64,000 bases of DNA from Syntrophales bacterium (GCA_963666365.2 CAXXNF010000002.1:640001-704000); one strand, 5' to 3'; positions 21,313 through 31,616 are shown, counted from the stretch's first letter. Numbers and translations are program-made. Notes: generated by a model from the letters alone, not told the origin.

Positions 21313-21606
21313 TTACATCTCTTTCAATTCGCCTATCAGTTTGTCAAACTCATCCACATTTACAACCGGCGATGTGGTAAAATTGATGCCCGTTAATTGG
21401 TGAAGGGCAACAGAAACTTTCATTGCACTTTGTACATCAGGCAAATCTACTATAAAAATAAGGTCATGTTCGCCAAGCAGCGAATACATCGACTTTATTT
21501 CTCCCCCATACTTTTCAATAATTTTGACAGCTTTTTTTGTTCTCTCCTTGCTTATTTCCCTTGCCGATTCTTTTGTATACTTTCCAAACATAAAAAATAC
21601 TGACAT
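21313..21606 (-). CDS. GYD domain protein
   Basis: FMFGKYT...GGEIKSMYSLLGEHDL; SD AGGAGG before ATG 21606. Confidence 0.8.
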   Translation of the reverse strand: MSVFFMFGKYTKESAREISKERTKKAVKIIEKYGGEIKSMYSLLGEHDLIFIVDLPDVQSAMKVSVALHQLTGINFTTSPVVNVDEFDKLIGELKEM

Positions 21607-21639
21607 GACTGACCGCCTCCTTTCTGCCCTATGCACCCT

Positions 21640-21960
21640 TCAACCGGATCCGGAGACCAGCAAGTGCCATTCGGAATCGGGGTCGCGAATTTCCGCATTT
21701 ATATATTTTCTTTTTTCCCAGATGTGATTCGCTATTTCTATGCCGGATTTTATTTCCGCATCGTCAAGGCCGGGGATTAATGAGTTGATCGAGCATATAT
21801 TGGATCGGTTGTTGCAGGTGATGGTGTTGAAACTGCCTTCCATGCCACCCACAAGGGGGACAAAATAATAAAATACTTTTTCCGACTTTTTTATTCTGGA
21901 TGCAAGAAAGCGGGCATCTCTTTTTGTCCTTATTTGAAATAATTTATGTTTGCCTTTCAT
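21640..21960 (-). CDS. Hypothetical protein
   Basis: 106-aa ORF with G-rich SD (AAAGGGGGG), co-oriented just upstream of the GYD gene. Confidence 0.55.
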   Translation of the reverse strand: MKGKHKLFQIRTKRDARFLASRIKKSEKVFYYFVPLVGGMEGSFNTITCNNRSNICSINSLIPGLDDAEIKSGIEIANHIWEKRKYINAEIRDPDSEWHLLVSGSG

Positions 21961-22380
21961 TGCAGCCCCCCTTTATGCGCTGATGGCGCCTTCTATCACT
22001 GCACGTTTCGGCTCAGGCGTGTTAAATACTTTTAGCGTCTCACGACTTATATGGGCGACGCCGGTAAAAGACGGCATCTATTGATTGTAGACATTTTCTG
22101 GAATCCGCTTCACACCCCCAGACAGAAAGGAAAATACCGCAGGTCCTGGCTGTGCTTTGCCATGCCGCCGATATGAGCAGGGTCCGAATCAACTATTGTA
22201 GGGATGAGAGCTGTTTTTTATGTATTCAACTAATAACGCAGCCCAAACACGCATTCATCGAGAACAGAATGATGTTGTTTTGAGATTTGAAGTATGACAG
22301 CATAAAATCGAACCGTCAAGAACTTTTGTTTAACGGCTTCATGAAAGCATGCATCATCTTTTTCAGTGCCTGATATTCAT

Positions 22381-22421
22381 AATAAAGAACGGTACCCGCA
22401 CACTCCACGGGTACCGCTCTT
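22381..22421 (-). terminator. Intrinsic terminator after the substrate-binding protein gene
   Basis: CGGTACCCG / CGGGTACCG stem followed on the minus strand by TTCTTTATT. Confidence 0.7.
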
Positions 22422-22451
22422 GTCTGACAGTTTGTAATGTATGCTTCTCTC

Positions 22452-23807
22452 TTACTTTTTACACCGCTCAAGATCAGCCGGAGGCGCCGGAATGGCATAT
22501 TCGGCCGGAATCACGACAGGCTTCCCGGGAGCTGCACCATCCTCATAATATTTGTTGGGAAATACATATTCCGCAACATAGACATCGCGAACCATCTGAT
22601 GGTCGCAGGCACGCATATGGACCATGCCGTTCAGTGCCTTATAGGTGTCCCCTTCCCAGGTCTGGATAATCTTTTCCGGATCAGTGCTGCCGGCGCGCTC
22701 CAACACATCCCACATCCAGTAACCCATCACCAGTGTTTTGGCACCGGCCCCGATAGGCCATGCCCACATAATGGTGTCGTAGGGCGCTTTCCAGTTTTTC
22801 CAGGTGTTGTGCCAAATCTCAATGAACTTTTCCATCTCCGGTGTGCCGATAGTGGCATGATGATCATTGAGGTTGACCATCCCCTTCGAACCTTCACCTC
22901 CGACCGCACAAAGGGTGGCCGGCGCGTCCATGTAAATATTGGCGAAGGGAAGTTTGCAACCCATCTGCCGAGACTGTATCAGCAGATTCTGCGCATCGGG
23001 CGACCAGTCTCCCGTGAAGATCACTTCAGCACCGGAAGCCTGGATTTTCGTGATGTAGGGAGCGAAATCCTTGATGAAGAGAGGGTGAAAATCCTCTCCC
23101 ACAAGCTCAGCTCCCGGCTTATATTTTTTCAATGCCTCTCTGAAGGCATCGGCCATGATGTGACCATAGGAATAATCCTGATTCAGAATATAAAATTTAT
23201 TTTCCGGCCGCTTTGAATAATAATAGGCCATGCCCATGCCGATAGATTTTGTAGTGATGGTGGTTCTGAAAACGTAGCGATTGAAATTTTTCGCATCCAT
23301 CAATGCATCGGAAAGCGACATGGGGTTCATGAAAATTGTTTTATATTTTTCCGCCACCTGCTGCACAATCAATGTCAGGTGACTTCCCGCAGTGCCGAAG
23401 AGAAGATCCACTTTGTCCTCGAGACAGAGCTTCTCCGTAATTTTCTTACAGACTGCCGGTTTGGCCTGGCTGTCGCCTTTTATAACGGCGATCAGTTTCT
23501 TCTTGCCGTCCACCATGATGCCGCCCCGCTTATTGTAATCATAGGCGAGCCAGGCATTGACCAACCAGTAAATCTGTCCATTGAATGCCCCGGGGCCTGA
23601 AAACGCTTCAACGACTCCTATTTTGATGACATCGCCTTTGGGATTCTCAAAGGTGGTAGGATCATACCCCGACATGTTGGACATTTTATTTATGTCAAAC
23701 GCCGGCATGGCCGCATATGCGCTCTGCATTCCGATGAGGGCCACACAGATGGCGCACGCACAGATCAAACTAACTACCTTGACACTTCCTTTCAACAACA
23801 CACCCAT
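22452..23807 (-). CDS. Liv/HAAT-family ABC transporter substrate-binding protein
   Basis: Signal peptide; IKIGVVEAFSGP, QDYSYG, KDFAPYITKI, MRACDHQ. Confidence 0.9.
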   Translation of the reverse strand: MGVLLKGSVKVVSLICACAICVALIGMQSAYAAMPAFDINKMSNMSGYDPTTFENPKGDVIKIGVVEAFSGPGAFNGQIYWLVNAWLAYDYNKRGGIMVDGKKKLIAVIKGDSQAKPAVCKKITEKLCLEDKVDLLFGTAGSHLTLIVQQVAEKYKTIFMNPMSLSDALMDAKNFNRYVFRTTITTKSIGMGMAYYYSKRPENKFYILNQDYSYGHIMADAFREALKKYKPGAELVGEDFHPLFIKDFAPYITKIQASGAEVIFTGDWSPDAQNLLIQSRQMGCKLPFANIYMDAPATLCAVGGEGSKGMVNLNDHHATIGTPEMEKFIEIWHNTWKNWKAPYDTIMWAWPIGAGAKTLVMGYWMWDVLERAGSTDPEKIIQTWEGDTYKALNGMVHMRACDHQMVRDVYVAEYVFPNKYYEDGAAPGKPVVIPAEYAIPAPPADLERCKK

Positions 23808-24185
23808 TCCTTTCTCCTTTCACGCAATTTGGATTTATAGTACTGCAATTTTTTTTAAATTGCAAAATACTCGTTTCGGCATATGTCACTCAATTCACAT
23901 AATACTTCTCATTCCTAAGTAAAATCCTCTCCGTCAATGAGAATGAAACTGATATTGCCATCCATCAGCGTACAAGTGTATGAGGGAATTTTTGTAGAAT
24001 GATAATAGGGCAAAAGCGTATTTTGATGATTCGAAAAACCCTAGGACGTCTAAGTAATATATGAGAACGGCTAAAGTGTAGCGCTGACGATGTAGGTCAG
24101 CCCAAATGCACGCCCTTTTTTGAGTTGTGTGTACCTGCTGTGTGTTGTATACATGATTTCCAGGCACATATGATTGGGAGGAATA

Positions 24186-24536
24186 ATGTCAGATAAGGTA
24201 GAATTAGGGAAAAGCGGATACCGCGATTTTCAGAGCGCCCTGGACTCAGTTGGCGCCGATGCGATGGAACAGGCCATAGACACGGCATTTAAACAGCTTA
24301 TGGCAGAAGGAGGAGAAGAATCCTCGGGCACGAAGCCTGAAGCAGAGGAGAGTATTTCTTCGATTCCCGGCAGTATGCTGAAGCAACTATCAATAGAAGC
24401 GATGGAACAGGTCGTTGCCGAAGCTTTCAGCGGTGCAACCGGCGAGTGTTATCGTTGCGCAATAAAAGGCATCTATTTTGATGCAGCGGAGAACGTACAG
24501 TTCAATCTCACACTTACCGTCGCCAGTAAGCAATAG
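24186..24536 (+). CDS. Hypothetical acidic protein with an internal repeat
   Basis: SD GGGAGG before ATG 24186; AMEQ-x4-AF occurs twice. Confidence 0.6.
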   Translation: MSDKVELGKSGYRDFQSALDSVGADAMEQAIDTAFKQLMAEGGEESSGTKPEAEESISSIPGSMLKQLSIEAMEQVVAEAFSGATGECYRCAIKGIYFDAAENVQFNLTLTVASKQ

Positions 24537-24568
24537 ATATGCCATAAACGGGGTCACTGTGGAAAGGG

Positions 24569-24620
24569 GCACATCAGCTCATGAATAAGCGCTGATTCTT
24601 ACCTACATGAGCTGATGTGC
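24569..24620. repeat. Perfect 15-bp inverted repeat between convergent genes (possible bidirectional terminator)
   Basis: GCACATCAGCTCATG (24569-24583) / CATGAGCTGATGTGC (24606-24620), 22-nt spacer. Confidence 0.8.
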
Positions 24621-24719
24621 ACACAGACAGATGGGATTCATTGTGGAGATGACTATTCAAACCTTCTGTCGCAATTGCAATAATACACCATAAAAAGCAT
24701 GATATGATCGATCTATTGT

Positions 24720-25538
24720 CTATCCGAGCTGGGCCATTTTTTTAGTAATATTCGCAATGGTGAGTTCGAACATCAATTGTTTTCCCACGGATTCCGTTGG
24801 AGCGAACCGGCGAACGAAATCAATTTCCTCATCCGATGGATGCTCGGTTTCTTCCAGATCCGATGCTACCTTGAGTTCCCAGGGAATATCTTTCTTCACC
24901 GCCTCTACAGACACGCCGGGGTGAATTTTTGCCAGGTACATCTCTTTTGTTTCAGGATCGAACTCAAAAATGCCTTTTGTGCTGATTAATTTGCTTGGTC
25001 CCGATCCCTGGGGAAAATGACCGCTTTTGTCCCGGGCATCTCCACCTTCCAGATAGCCTGGCGAGGTCCTGTAGAGCAATGTATCGACAAACTGCCCTCC
25101 CCTCATCGTAAGCACCGTTTTTTTTGCATAGGATATAAAATCGGCGGCGCCTCCCGAACCGGGCAGGCGGAGTTGAGGCTTATAATAATCGCCAATCACC
25201 GTGGTGTTCAGGTTGCCGAATTTATCAACCTGAGCAACGCCGAGAAAGCACACGTCTACATAGCCCTTGTAGGTCATGGTAAAAGCCGAAAACAGATCGG
25301 TGGAACAGGAAAATCCTCGGCAGGACAAACAATCCGCAATATGGTTCAAAGGAACCGTCGGTTCGAAATCAATGATCCCCGATTCCATCATTAGATTTGC
25401 GTGTGGTGCATAGAGGGCCTTGGCCAGGGCGCCGGATGTCATAGGAAGCCCCACACCTAAAATAATATTTTCAAAATCATGTATTTCCTTCGCAATCGTA
25501 ATGATCAGCAGTTCATTGAGCGTATAGGGCTTACTCAT
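24720..25538 (-). CDS. Family I CoA-transferase beta subunit (GctB-like)
   Basis: LGVGLP, MMESG (catalytic Glu position), AQVDKFGNLNTT, RLPGSGGA. Confidence 0.88.
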   Translation of the reverse strand: MSKPYTLNELLIITIAKEIHDFENIILGVGLPMTSGALAKALYAPHANLMMESGIIDFEPTVPLNHIADCLSCRGFSCSTDLFSAFTMTYKGYVDVCFLGVAQVDKFGNLNTTVIGDYYKPQLRLPGSGGAADFISYAKKTVLTMRGGQFVDTLLYRTSPGYLEGGDARDKSGHFPQGSGPSKLISTKGIFEFDPETKEMYLAKIHPGVSVEAVKKDIPWELKVASDLEETEHPSDEEIDFVRRFAPTESVGKQLMFELTIANITKKMAQLG

Positions 25539-26577
25539 AAAGCACCCCCTTCTCTTTCATTATTGTTTCCATTTCTTCCAATGTTACACCCATGGTGCGT
25601 TCCCGTCCACGCTCATCCCATGCTGATGTAAAGGCCGCGCCGTAATTGGCCGGTGCTGAATAAAAAGCGCGCGCCTTAATGGAATTCAAGGGATCGAGGC
25701 CAAATTTATCGATGTAATGTCTGATGTACGCGTTATGATCCTTGCACCCGTACACCCATTCATCCATCCATGCTTTGGTGCCTGCATCAGTTTTCAGGGC
25801 TGTCATGAATACGGCAAGCATCAGGCGGTCCCAGTTATAATATCCGACTACATCTGAAGGATGGGCCCCCCAGGGCATTTCCACCACGGCATCGACCCTG
25901 TAGGCCGGAATAATTGTAAAGTGCGGCGATGCCTGAATTACGTCGTGTTCCACAATTTCTTCACAGGAAACGACAATACGTTTGCTGCAAAGCGCTGCCG
26001 CCTGAACACTGCCCATGGCGCCCCAGTATTGGGCATTGCCGTATTTATCGGCGCGCGGGACATGAATGACGCACACATCCGGGTTCGCTGCCGGCACAAG
26101 CACAATATCCTTGCCTGTGAAAGGGCATTCGATCACCTTGTACTTGTTTTCACCCATAAAACCTCGTTTTTCAAAGAGATCAGTATGCATGATACCCTCG
26201 AATACGGGCATAAAGGTGAATCCGTGCATCCCCGCCATAAGGCGGGCATTGTAATTGTAGTTTGTGTAATCTTCAAGTTCCAACGTCCCGTTTTTCCAGG
26301 CACGCCCCACGGCGGAACCGCCCTCATCACCTCCGGCATTGAGGACATAGGCGGTGACCAGGCGATCTACACAGCCTCCGGCGACCAGAACCTCATCAAT
26401 CAGATGACCCGATTGTGAGTTGTGAGTGAGCCCCTTTTTCTTCTGCCGCACAATCTCATTCATGAGACCGCAGGCCATGCAGAGCGTATAGTTGCCGATT
26501 ATCAGCTCATCACCATCATGCACAAACTCGCTGATGGCTTCCTGAGCATTCATTCTCTTGTCCACTCGTTTTTCCAT
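25531..26577 (-). CDS. Family I CoA-transferase alpha subunit (GctA-like)
   Basis: EAISEFVHDGD, ECPFTG, PDVCVIHVPRADKYGNA, PWGAHPS; overlaps the beta gene. Confidence 0.88.
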   Translation of the reverse strand: MEKRVDKRMNAQEAISEFVHDGDELIIGNYTLCMACGLMNEIVRQKKKGLTHNSQSGHLIDEVLVAGGCVDRLVTAYVLNAGGDEGGSAVGRAWKNGTLELEDYTNYNYNARLMAGMHGFTFMPVFEGIMHTDLFEKRGFMGENKYKVIECPFTGKDIVLVPAANPDVCVIHVPRADKYGNAQYWGAMGSVQAAALCSKRIVVSCEEIVEHDVIQASPHFTIIPAYRVDAVVEMPWGAHPSDVVGYYNWDRLMLAVFMTALKTDAGTKAWMDEWVYGCKDHNAYIRHYIDKFGLDPLNSIKARAFYSAPANYGAAFTSAWDERGRERTMGVTLEEMETIMKEKGVLYE

Positions 26578-26697
26578 CTGTAGTATCTCCTTCGAATTGA
26601 CACCCTTTATAGCGTTTAACGAGTACGTATACTTAATAATTCATATTCGGGCAATCAGTTTCTTTCTTATTTTTGACGTCTAAAAAACTGATTTTCA

Positions 26698-27414
26698 CTA
26701 GACTTCCAGATATTTTTTCTGTATGTCTTTGTTCTCCAATACTTCCTGACTTGATCCCGAGTATACCACCTCGCCTTTTGTCATGATATAGGCACGATGA
26801 CAAATGGGAAGCACGAATTTCAGGTTTTGTTCGACAACCAGGACTGAGACGCCGCTTTCATTTATTTGGCGCAGGGTATCCGCAACGGTCCTGCGAATCA
26901 ACGGCGCCAGTCCTTCCGTTGGTTCATCGACAAGAATAAGCTCCGGATTGCCCATGAGCGTTCGTGCCATTGTCAGCATTTGCTGCTCGCCTCCCGACAA
27001 CTGGGATCCTTTATTTCCTTCCCGCGCTTTCAGTGATGGGAATGTTTCATAGACTCGATCAAGAGTCCACCCTCCATCAGCTGAGGTTTTAACTCCACGT
27101 CCATGTTTTATTCCCATAAGAAGATTCTGTCGCACAGTAAGGCTGTTGAATATTGCCCGCTCTTCCGGCACATATCCTATTCCATGTTTTACAATGGTAT
27201 GTGTAGGTTGACCGGCAAGTTCGGTTCCTTTAAACGTGATTGATCCTTCAGACGGTTTCACCAGCCCTACAACACTCTTCAGAGTTGTTGATTTGCCTAC
27301 GCCGTTCCTGCCGAGCAGGGCCACCATTTCACCTTCGTTTATCTCAATATTGACTCCGTGAAGGATGTGACTCTTTCCATAATATCCGTGAATGTTTGCC
27401 ATCGAAAAAAACAC
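26698..27414 (-). CDS. livF: Liv-type ABC ATP-binding protein
   Basis: GRNGVGKST, LSGGEQQML, DEPTEGLAP. Confidence 0.9.
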   Translation of the reverse strand: MFFSMANIHGYYGKSHILHGVNIEINEGEMVALLGRNGVGKSTTLKSVVGLVKPSEGSITFKGTELAGQPTHTIVKHGIGYVPEERAIFNSLTVRQNLLMGIKHGRGVKTSADGGWTLDRVYETFPSLKAREGNKGSQLSGGEQQMLTMARTLMGNPELILVDEPTEGLAPLIRRTVADTLRQINESGVSVLVVEQNLKFVLPICHRAYIMTKGEVVYSGSSQEVLENKDIQKKYLEV

Positions 27415-27416
27415 GT

Positions 27417-28169
27417 TTATACCTCCTCGTCTTCGCCAAGATATGCTTCTCGGACCTTCGAGTTATTCCGCACTTCCGATGGGACATCGGAACAGATGAC
27501 CTCGCCGTATTGAAGCACCGTAATGCGATCGGCCAGATCGAAAATTACATCCATATCGTGTTCAATGATAACCATTGAAATCCCTTCCGTAAGTGACCGT
27601 ATGAGTCTTACGGCATGATGGGTTTCCTCTTTCGACATACCTGCCGTCGGTTCATCAAGCAGAATCAAATCCGGTTTCATTGACACGGTCAACCCTATTT
27701 CAAGCGCCCGTTGCTGGCCGTATGAAAGAAGGCCTGCAGGAGTATCGGCTTCTCCCGACAGATTAAGAAGTCCAAGTGTTCCGGTAACTTCCTCTTCTAC
27801 GTCGACCATGCCCGATATCCATTTCCAGAAGTTAAACCGTCTGTGAAGTCGTGAAAGAATGGCGCTCTGAATGTTTTCACGCACAGTCAGATTCCAGAAT
27901 ATATTGGTAATCTGGAAAGACCTGGCCATACCGTCCCTTGCATTTTGAAAAGGATGCTTTCCCACTACGTTGCTTCCCTTATAGATAACCTTACCTTTTC
28001 GGGGATGAAGTTCTCCCGTGATGCAGTTAAAGACCGTGGTCTTTCCTGCACCGTTGGGTCCTATGAGGGCATGACGTTCACCATCAAGCACATGGAAATT
28101 AACACCGAAGAGTACCTTCAGCCCTGAAAAGTCATGTTCAACACCATCTAGTTTTAGTATTTCACTCAT
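27417..28169 (-). CDS. livG: Liv-type ABC ATP-binding protein
   Basis: GPNGAGKTT, LSYGQQRALE, DEPTAGM, VREAYLG. Confidence 0.9.
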   Translation of the reverse strand: MSEILKLDGVEHDFSGLKVLFGVNFHVLDGERHALIGPNGAGKTTVFNCITGELHPRKGKVIYKGSNVVGKHPFQNARDGMARSFQITNIFWNLTVRENIQSAILSRLHRRFNFWKWISGMVDVEEEVTGTLGLLNLSGEADTPAGLLSYGQQRALEIGLTVSMKPDLILLDEPTAGMSKEETHHAVRLIRSLTEGISMVIIEHDMDVIFDLADRITVLQYGEVICSDVPSEVRNNSKVREAYLGEDEEV

Positions 28170-28170
28170 A

Positions 28171-29163
28171 TTAATTCTCCTCGGCCTCTTTGAGTTGATT
28201 CTTACCTAAAATACGAAGCCTTAGCGATGTAACAATCCCCATAATCCCTCCCCGGTACCACATGACGAGGGCAATGAAGAGGAGTCCGACAAATAATTGC
28301 CAGCGCTCGGTAATATCGGAGAGCCAGTCGGCCAGGAATATATAGACCACTGCACCTAGAATCGGACCTACAAAAGTTCCCACTCCCCCGATGACCGTCA
28401 TGAGAATCGCATCAGTGGAGCGGAAGATATCGATGGCGCCTGTGGATACGAATTCCTGGAATATTGCAAAGAGTCCTCCGGCAACACCGGCAACCAGGGA
28501 CGTATACATAAAGAGAAAGAATTTCGTCATTGAATTCTGATAGCCGAGAAACCCTGCCCGTGACATGCTTTCTCTCAAGAGAATAATCGATCTTCCCATG
28601 GGGGTTTTCATCAGATACCAGGTGACGAAAAGCATAATCAACACAACAGCAAGAACGAACCAATACACGTTTGCCGTCTCGAGCATGTCAATTTTTCCTA
28701 TCAAAGGAATGTACAGATCAGGAATCTCATAGCCGCCCAAACCGTCATCACCGCCGGTCATACTTCGCCACTTCAGCGCAATAGAAAAACATATTTGCAT
28801 GAAAGCCATGGTCAGCATGGCAAAGGCCGTTCCGCTTACACGATTCAGAAAAATTGAAAAGAACACACCAGCAACCAGAGCTGCCAGGCTTCCCAAAATG
28901 AGCGCGCTCAAAAGACTAATACCTTCAATATGGAGAAGCGCAAGTGCCGTTGCGTAGGCGCCCACACCAAAATAGGCGCTATGGCCGAAACTGAGCATCC
29001 CGCCATAACCGAGCAACACATTGAGACTCACGGCAAACAGCGCCATGTAACACATTTCCGTAAGCAGGCGCAGCGGCACATCATTGAGAAAGAAGGGCGC
29101 CGCAATCAATATGCCCAGTATAACAATCGCTACGATCAGATTAATTATTTTATGTTTCATCAT
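28171..29163 (-). CDS. livM: Liv-type ABC permease
   Basis: GYGGMLSFGHSAY, TGGDDG, IGGVGTFVGP. Confidence 0.88.
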   Translation of the reverse strand: MMKHKIINLIVAIVILGILIAAPFFLNDVPLRLLTEMCYMALFAVSLNVLLGYGGMLSFGHSAYFGVGAYATALALLHIEGISLLSALILGSLAALVAGVFFSIFLNRVSGTAFAMLTMAFMQICFSIALKWRSMTGGDDGLGGYEIPDLYIPLIGKIDMLETANVYWFVLAVVLIMLFVTWYLMKTPMGRSIILLRESMSRAGFLGYQNSMTKFFLFMYTSLVAGVAGGLFAIFQEFVSTGAIDIFRSTDAILMTVIGGVGTFVGPILGAVVYIFLADWLSDITERWQLFVGLLFIALVMWYRGGIMGIVTSLRLRILGKNQLKEAEEN

Positions 29164-30032
29164 TCTCTATCTCCAAATAAACCTTGTGGCCGAATACTGA
29201 GAACAACAGCCATCACGATAAACATCAGCACGAGACAGAAGCGCGGGAAAAACATGACGCCGAAGGCCTGCAATTCCCCGATTAAAAGGGATGCAACCAC
29301 GGCGCCTAGGAGACTTCCCAATCCGCCGGTCACCACAACCACAAAGGCATCAAATCCCACCGCATCGGCCATGCCCGGAGAGATTCCAAGCAATGGACCC
29401 GCAATAACGCCTGCCACAGCCGCCAAGGCGGTACCGAGGGCAAACACGCCGGCGAAAACCAAGGGTGTATTGATGCCGAGCGCGCTGACCATGTTGGGAT
29501 TATCAACGGCGGCCCGCACCACCATTCCCAGTCTTGTTTTGAACATCACCCAGGCCAGTGCCACCATCAGAGCCACACTGAACAGCAGAATAAAAATTCG
29601 GTATAGAGGATAGGGTGCACCCAGTATGCTGATCGAACCTTCCAGAATAGATGGGGGCGGCGCCGTCAGCGGTTCTGTCCCCCAATACCATTTCACACCC
29701 TCGAGAATCACCAGTTGCAACCCAACGGTGAGCAGCAATTCGTAAATATGCCCGAAGGGGTGAAGATACCGCAGCATGTACCGCTCCACCAGGGCGCCGA
29801 GCACTCCGGTTACAATTGGTGCGAGAATAAGGGCGAGCCAGAAGCTTCCCGTATGCTGAAAAAAGGAATATCCGATATAGGCGCCCAGCATGTAAAAGAA
29901 GGCATGGGCCAGGTTTAACACCCCCATCATTCCGAAGACGAGTGTCAACCCGGACGCAACCAGATAAAGAAGCATGGCATAGACCAGGCCATGAAATATT
30001 GTAATCAGTATAGTCACAAAAGATATTTCCAT
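29160..30032 (-). CDS. livH: Liv-type ABC permease
   Basis: GLTLVFGMMGVLNLAH, GGLGSLLG, RPQGLFG. Confidence 0.88.
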   Translation of the reverse strand: MEISFVTILITIFHGLVYAMLLYLVASGLTLVFGMMGVLNLAHAFFYMLGAYIGYSFFQHTGSFWLALILAPIVTGVLGALVERYMLRYLHPFGHIYELLLTVGLQLVILEGVKWYWGTEPLTAPPPSILEGSISILGAPYPLYRIFILLFSVALMVALAWVMFKTRLGMVVRAAVDNPNMVSALGINTPLVFAGVFALGTALAAVAGVIAGPLLGISPGMADAVGFDAFVVVVTGGLGSLLGAVVASLLIGELQAFGVMFFPRFCLVLMFIVMAVVLSIRPQGLFGDRE

Positions 30033-30234
30033 AGATACAACCTCTTTCCTTAGTTACGTTTTTGATACTGCTATAGTTCATTTGATCGAAGCCCACCATA
30101 GAGGAATCATTCGATTTTTTTGGTGTAAATATCTTATATGTCTGTCAGAGAATAGGTCGTCAAGAAGGTACAATTACCTCATGGATCCACCGTTATTGGA
30201 CCACAGTCTGCTTCTTTGAGATACATGCACTCCA

Positions 30235-30276
30235 GCTATAAAGGGGGTCCGCCTCCTTGCGAAGTTCAGACCCCCT
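30235..30276 (-). terminator. Hairpin between the binding-protein and permease genes (partial terminator or stability element)
   Basis: AGGGGGTC / GACCCCCT 8-bp stem, 19-nt loop, short T run on the minus strand. Confidence 0.4.
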
Positions 30277-30341
30277 GTCTCTGTTGTGAAATTGCGCACA
30301 ATTACCAATGTGTACATGCGAGGGAGAAAATCAGACTAGAA

Positions 30342-31616
30342 TTAGAATTCTCCCGCTTTCCTTGTACATCCTGTCTTGTCAAGCGGAATCGTGGTTTCCT
30401 CAATAGGAATGGTCCTAAGGAGCGTGCCGCCGGGACAAATGTCGTTGAACAGCGGATTTTCTTTCACGATCTGCATTACCGGAATGGGCATGAGGAGCTG
30501 ATGATCTTCCGGTCTCATCAGTACGGTACCGTAAAATCCTTCATACTCCATCCCCTCCAGCGTCGTTATTATTTCTTTCACGTCCCACTTGCCGACCTTC
30601 TGGATGGCAGTGAAAAGCATATTCAGATAGGTACTTTGCTGCGTTCCCGTTCCGGGATATTGCCAGATTTCATCGGCGTCTTTGCCACAATACTTTTTAT
30701 AGCGCGATTTCCACAACGTATTATAATTTTTTTGTTTTTCAGAAGGATACCAGACACTGTTACAATCCGCCCAGATATGTCCGATAGCGGCATCCTGCAC
30801 ATCCCGAAGCATGAACAAATCTTCGAGATAATAACCTGCCACTTGGCCCGTAAGGCCAAGTCCCTTCCCCTGCTTGAGAAGCAGTGACAGATCGGAACCC
30901 CAGTTTGCAGTAAAAATTGCCTGAGCGCCGGAAGCATTTAATTTGGTAATATAGGGAGCAAAGTCTTTTGTCATGAGAGGATGATAGACTTCCACCGCGA
31001 TTTCCGCATCCGGTCTGAATTCTTTCAAGGCCTTTTTGAACCCCTCAGCGGCTTCGTACCCAAAATTGTAATCCTGGCAGATGATACCGAATTTTTTGAA
31101 TTCCGGCTTATCCTTATAATATGAGGCAATTGCCCGTGAATGCATCGCCGTATTTAACGCAACACGGAAATGATAGGCATCAGCTTCCTCTCCGGTCAGA
31201 CTTTCCGCTTCAACTGATCCCATAATATAAATAACCTTATGTTTTTTCGCAACTCTCGCCAAGGCTTTTGCTATATGAGACCCTGTTCCCTGCCACAATA
31301 CATTACAACCATCTTCCAGAATCGCTTTTGTTGCCATCTTTACGGCCACATCCGGTTTCATCTGGTCGTCATACACCTTGACCTCGATCTTTTTCCCCAA
31401 CAATCCTCCGTTCTTTTCATTCCAGAGATCCGTGACGAACTGCACTCCCCACACCTTTGAATCTCCCACATATTTAAATGTGCCCGATATCGGTTCAAGA
31501 ACGCCGATTCGAATTACATCACTCTGTTTTTTTGCAAAACAGGTACCCGCGACGCCACTGACGATAAAAACAACAGCAAGCGCCATTACCAACCATCTTA
31601 ATCCCGTGGTCCTCAT
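30342..31616 (-). CDS. Liv/HAAT-family ABC transporter substrate-binding protein
   Basis: Signal peptide; IRIGVLEPISG, QDYNFG, KDFAPYITKL, MRPEDHQ; SD GAGGAGG before ATG 31616. Confidence 0.9.
   Translation of the reverse strand: MRTTGLRWLVMALAVVFIVSGVAGTCFAKKQSDVIRIGVLEPISGTFKYVGDSKVWGVQFVTDLWNEKNGGLLGKKIEVKVYDDQMKPDVAVKMATKAILEDGCNVLWQGTGSHIAKALARVAKKHKVIYIMGSVEAESLTGEEADAYHFRVALNTAMHSRAIASYYKDKPEFKKFGIICQDYNFGYEAAEGFKKALKEFRPDAEIAVEVYHPLMTKDFAPYITKLNASGAQAIFTANWGSDLSLLLKQGKGLGLTGQVAGYYLEDLFMLRDVQDAAIGHIWADCNSVWYPSEKQKNYNTLWKSRYKKYCGKDADEIWQYPGTGTQQSTYLNMLFTAIQKVGKWDVKEIITTLEGMEYEGFYGTVLMRPEDHQLLMPIPVMQIVKENPLFNDICPGGTLLRTIPIEETTIPLDKTGCTRKAGEF

Noticed and set aside
21640..21642. Selenocysteine read-through at TGA-terminated ORFs
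   Set aside because: No ORF looks truncated at a catalytic Cys position and no SECIS-like hairpin was evident
22437..23216. Long antisense ORFs (e.g. 22437-23216, 28930-29613, 30216-30887, 60562-61452)
   Set aside because: They lie opposite well-supported genes and have no recognisable motifs; treated as shadow ORFs
26653..26693. AATCAGTTT/AAACTGATT inverted repeat between livF and the CoA-transferase
   Set aside because: AT-rich 9-bp arms with a long loop; function cannot be supported
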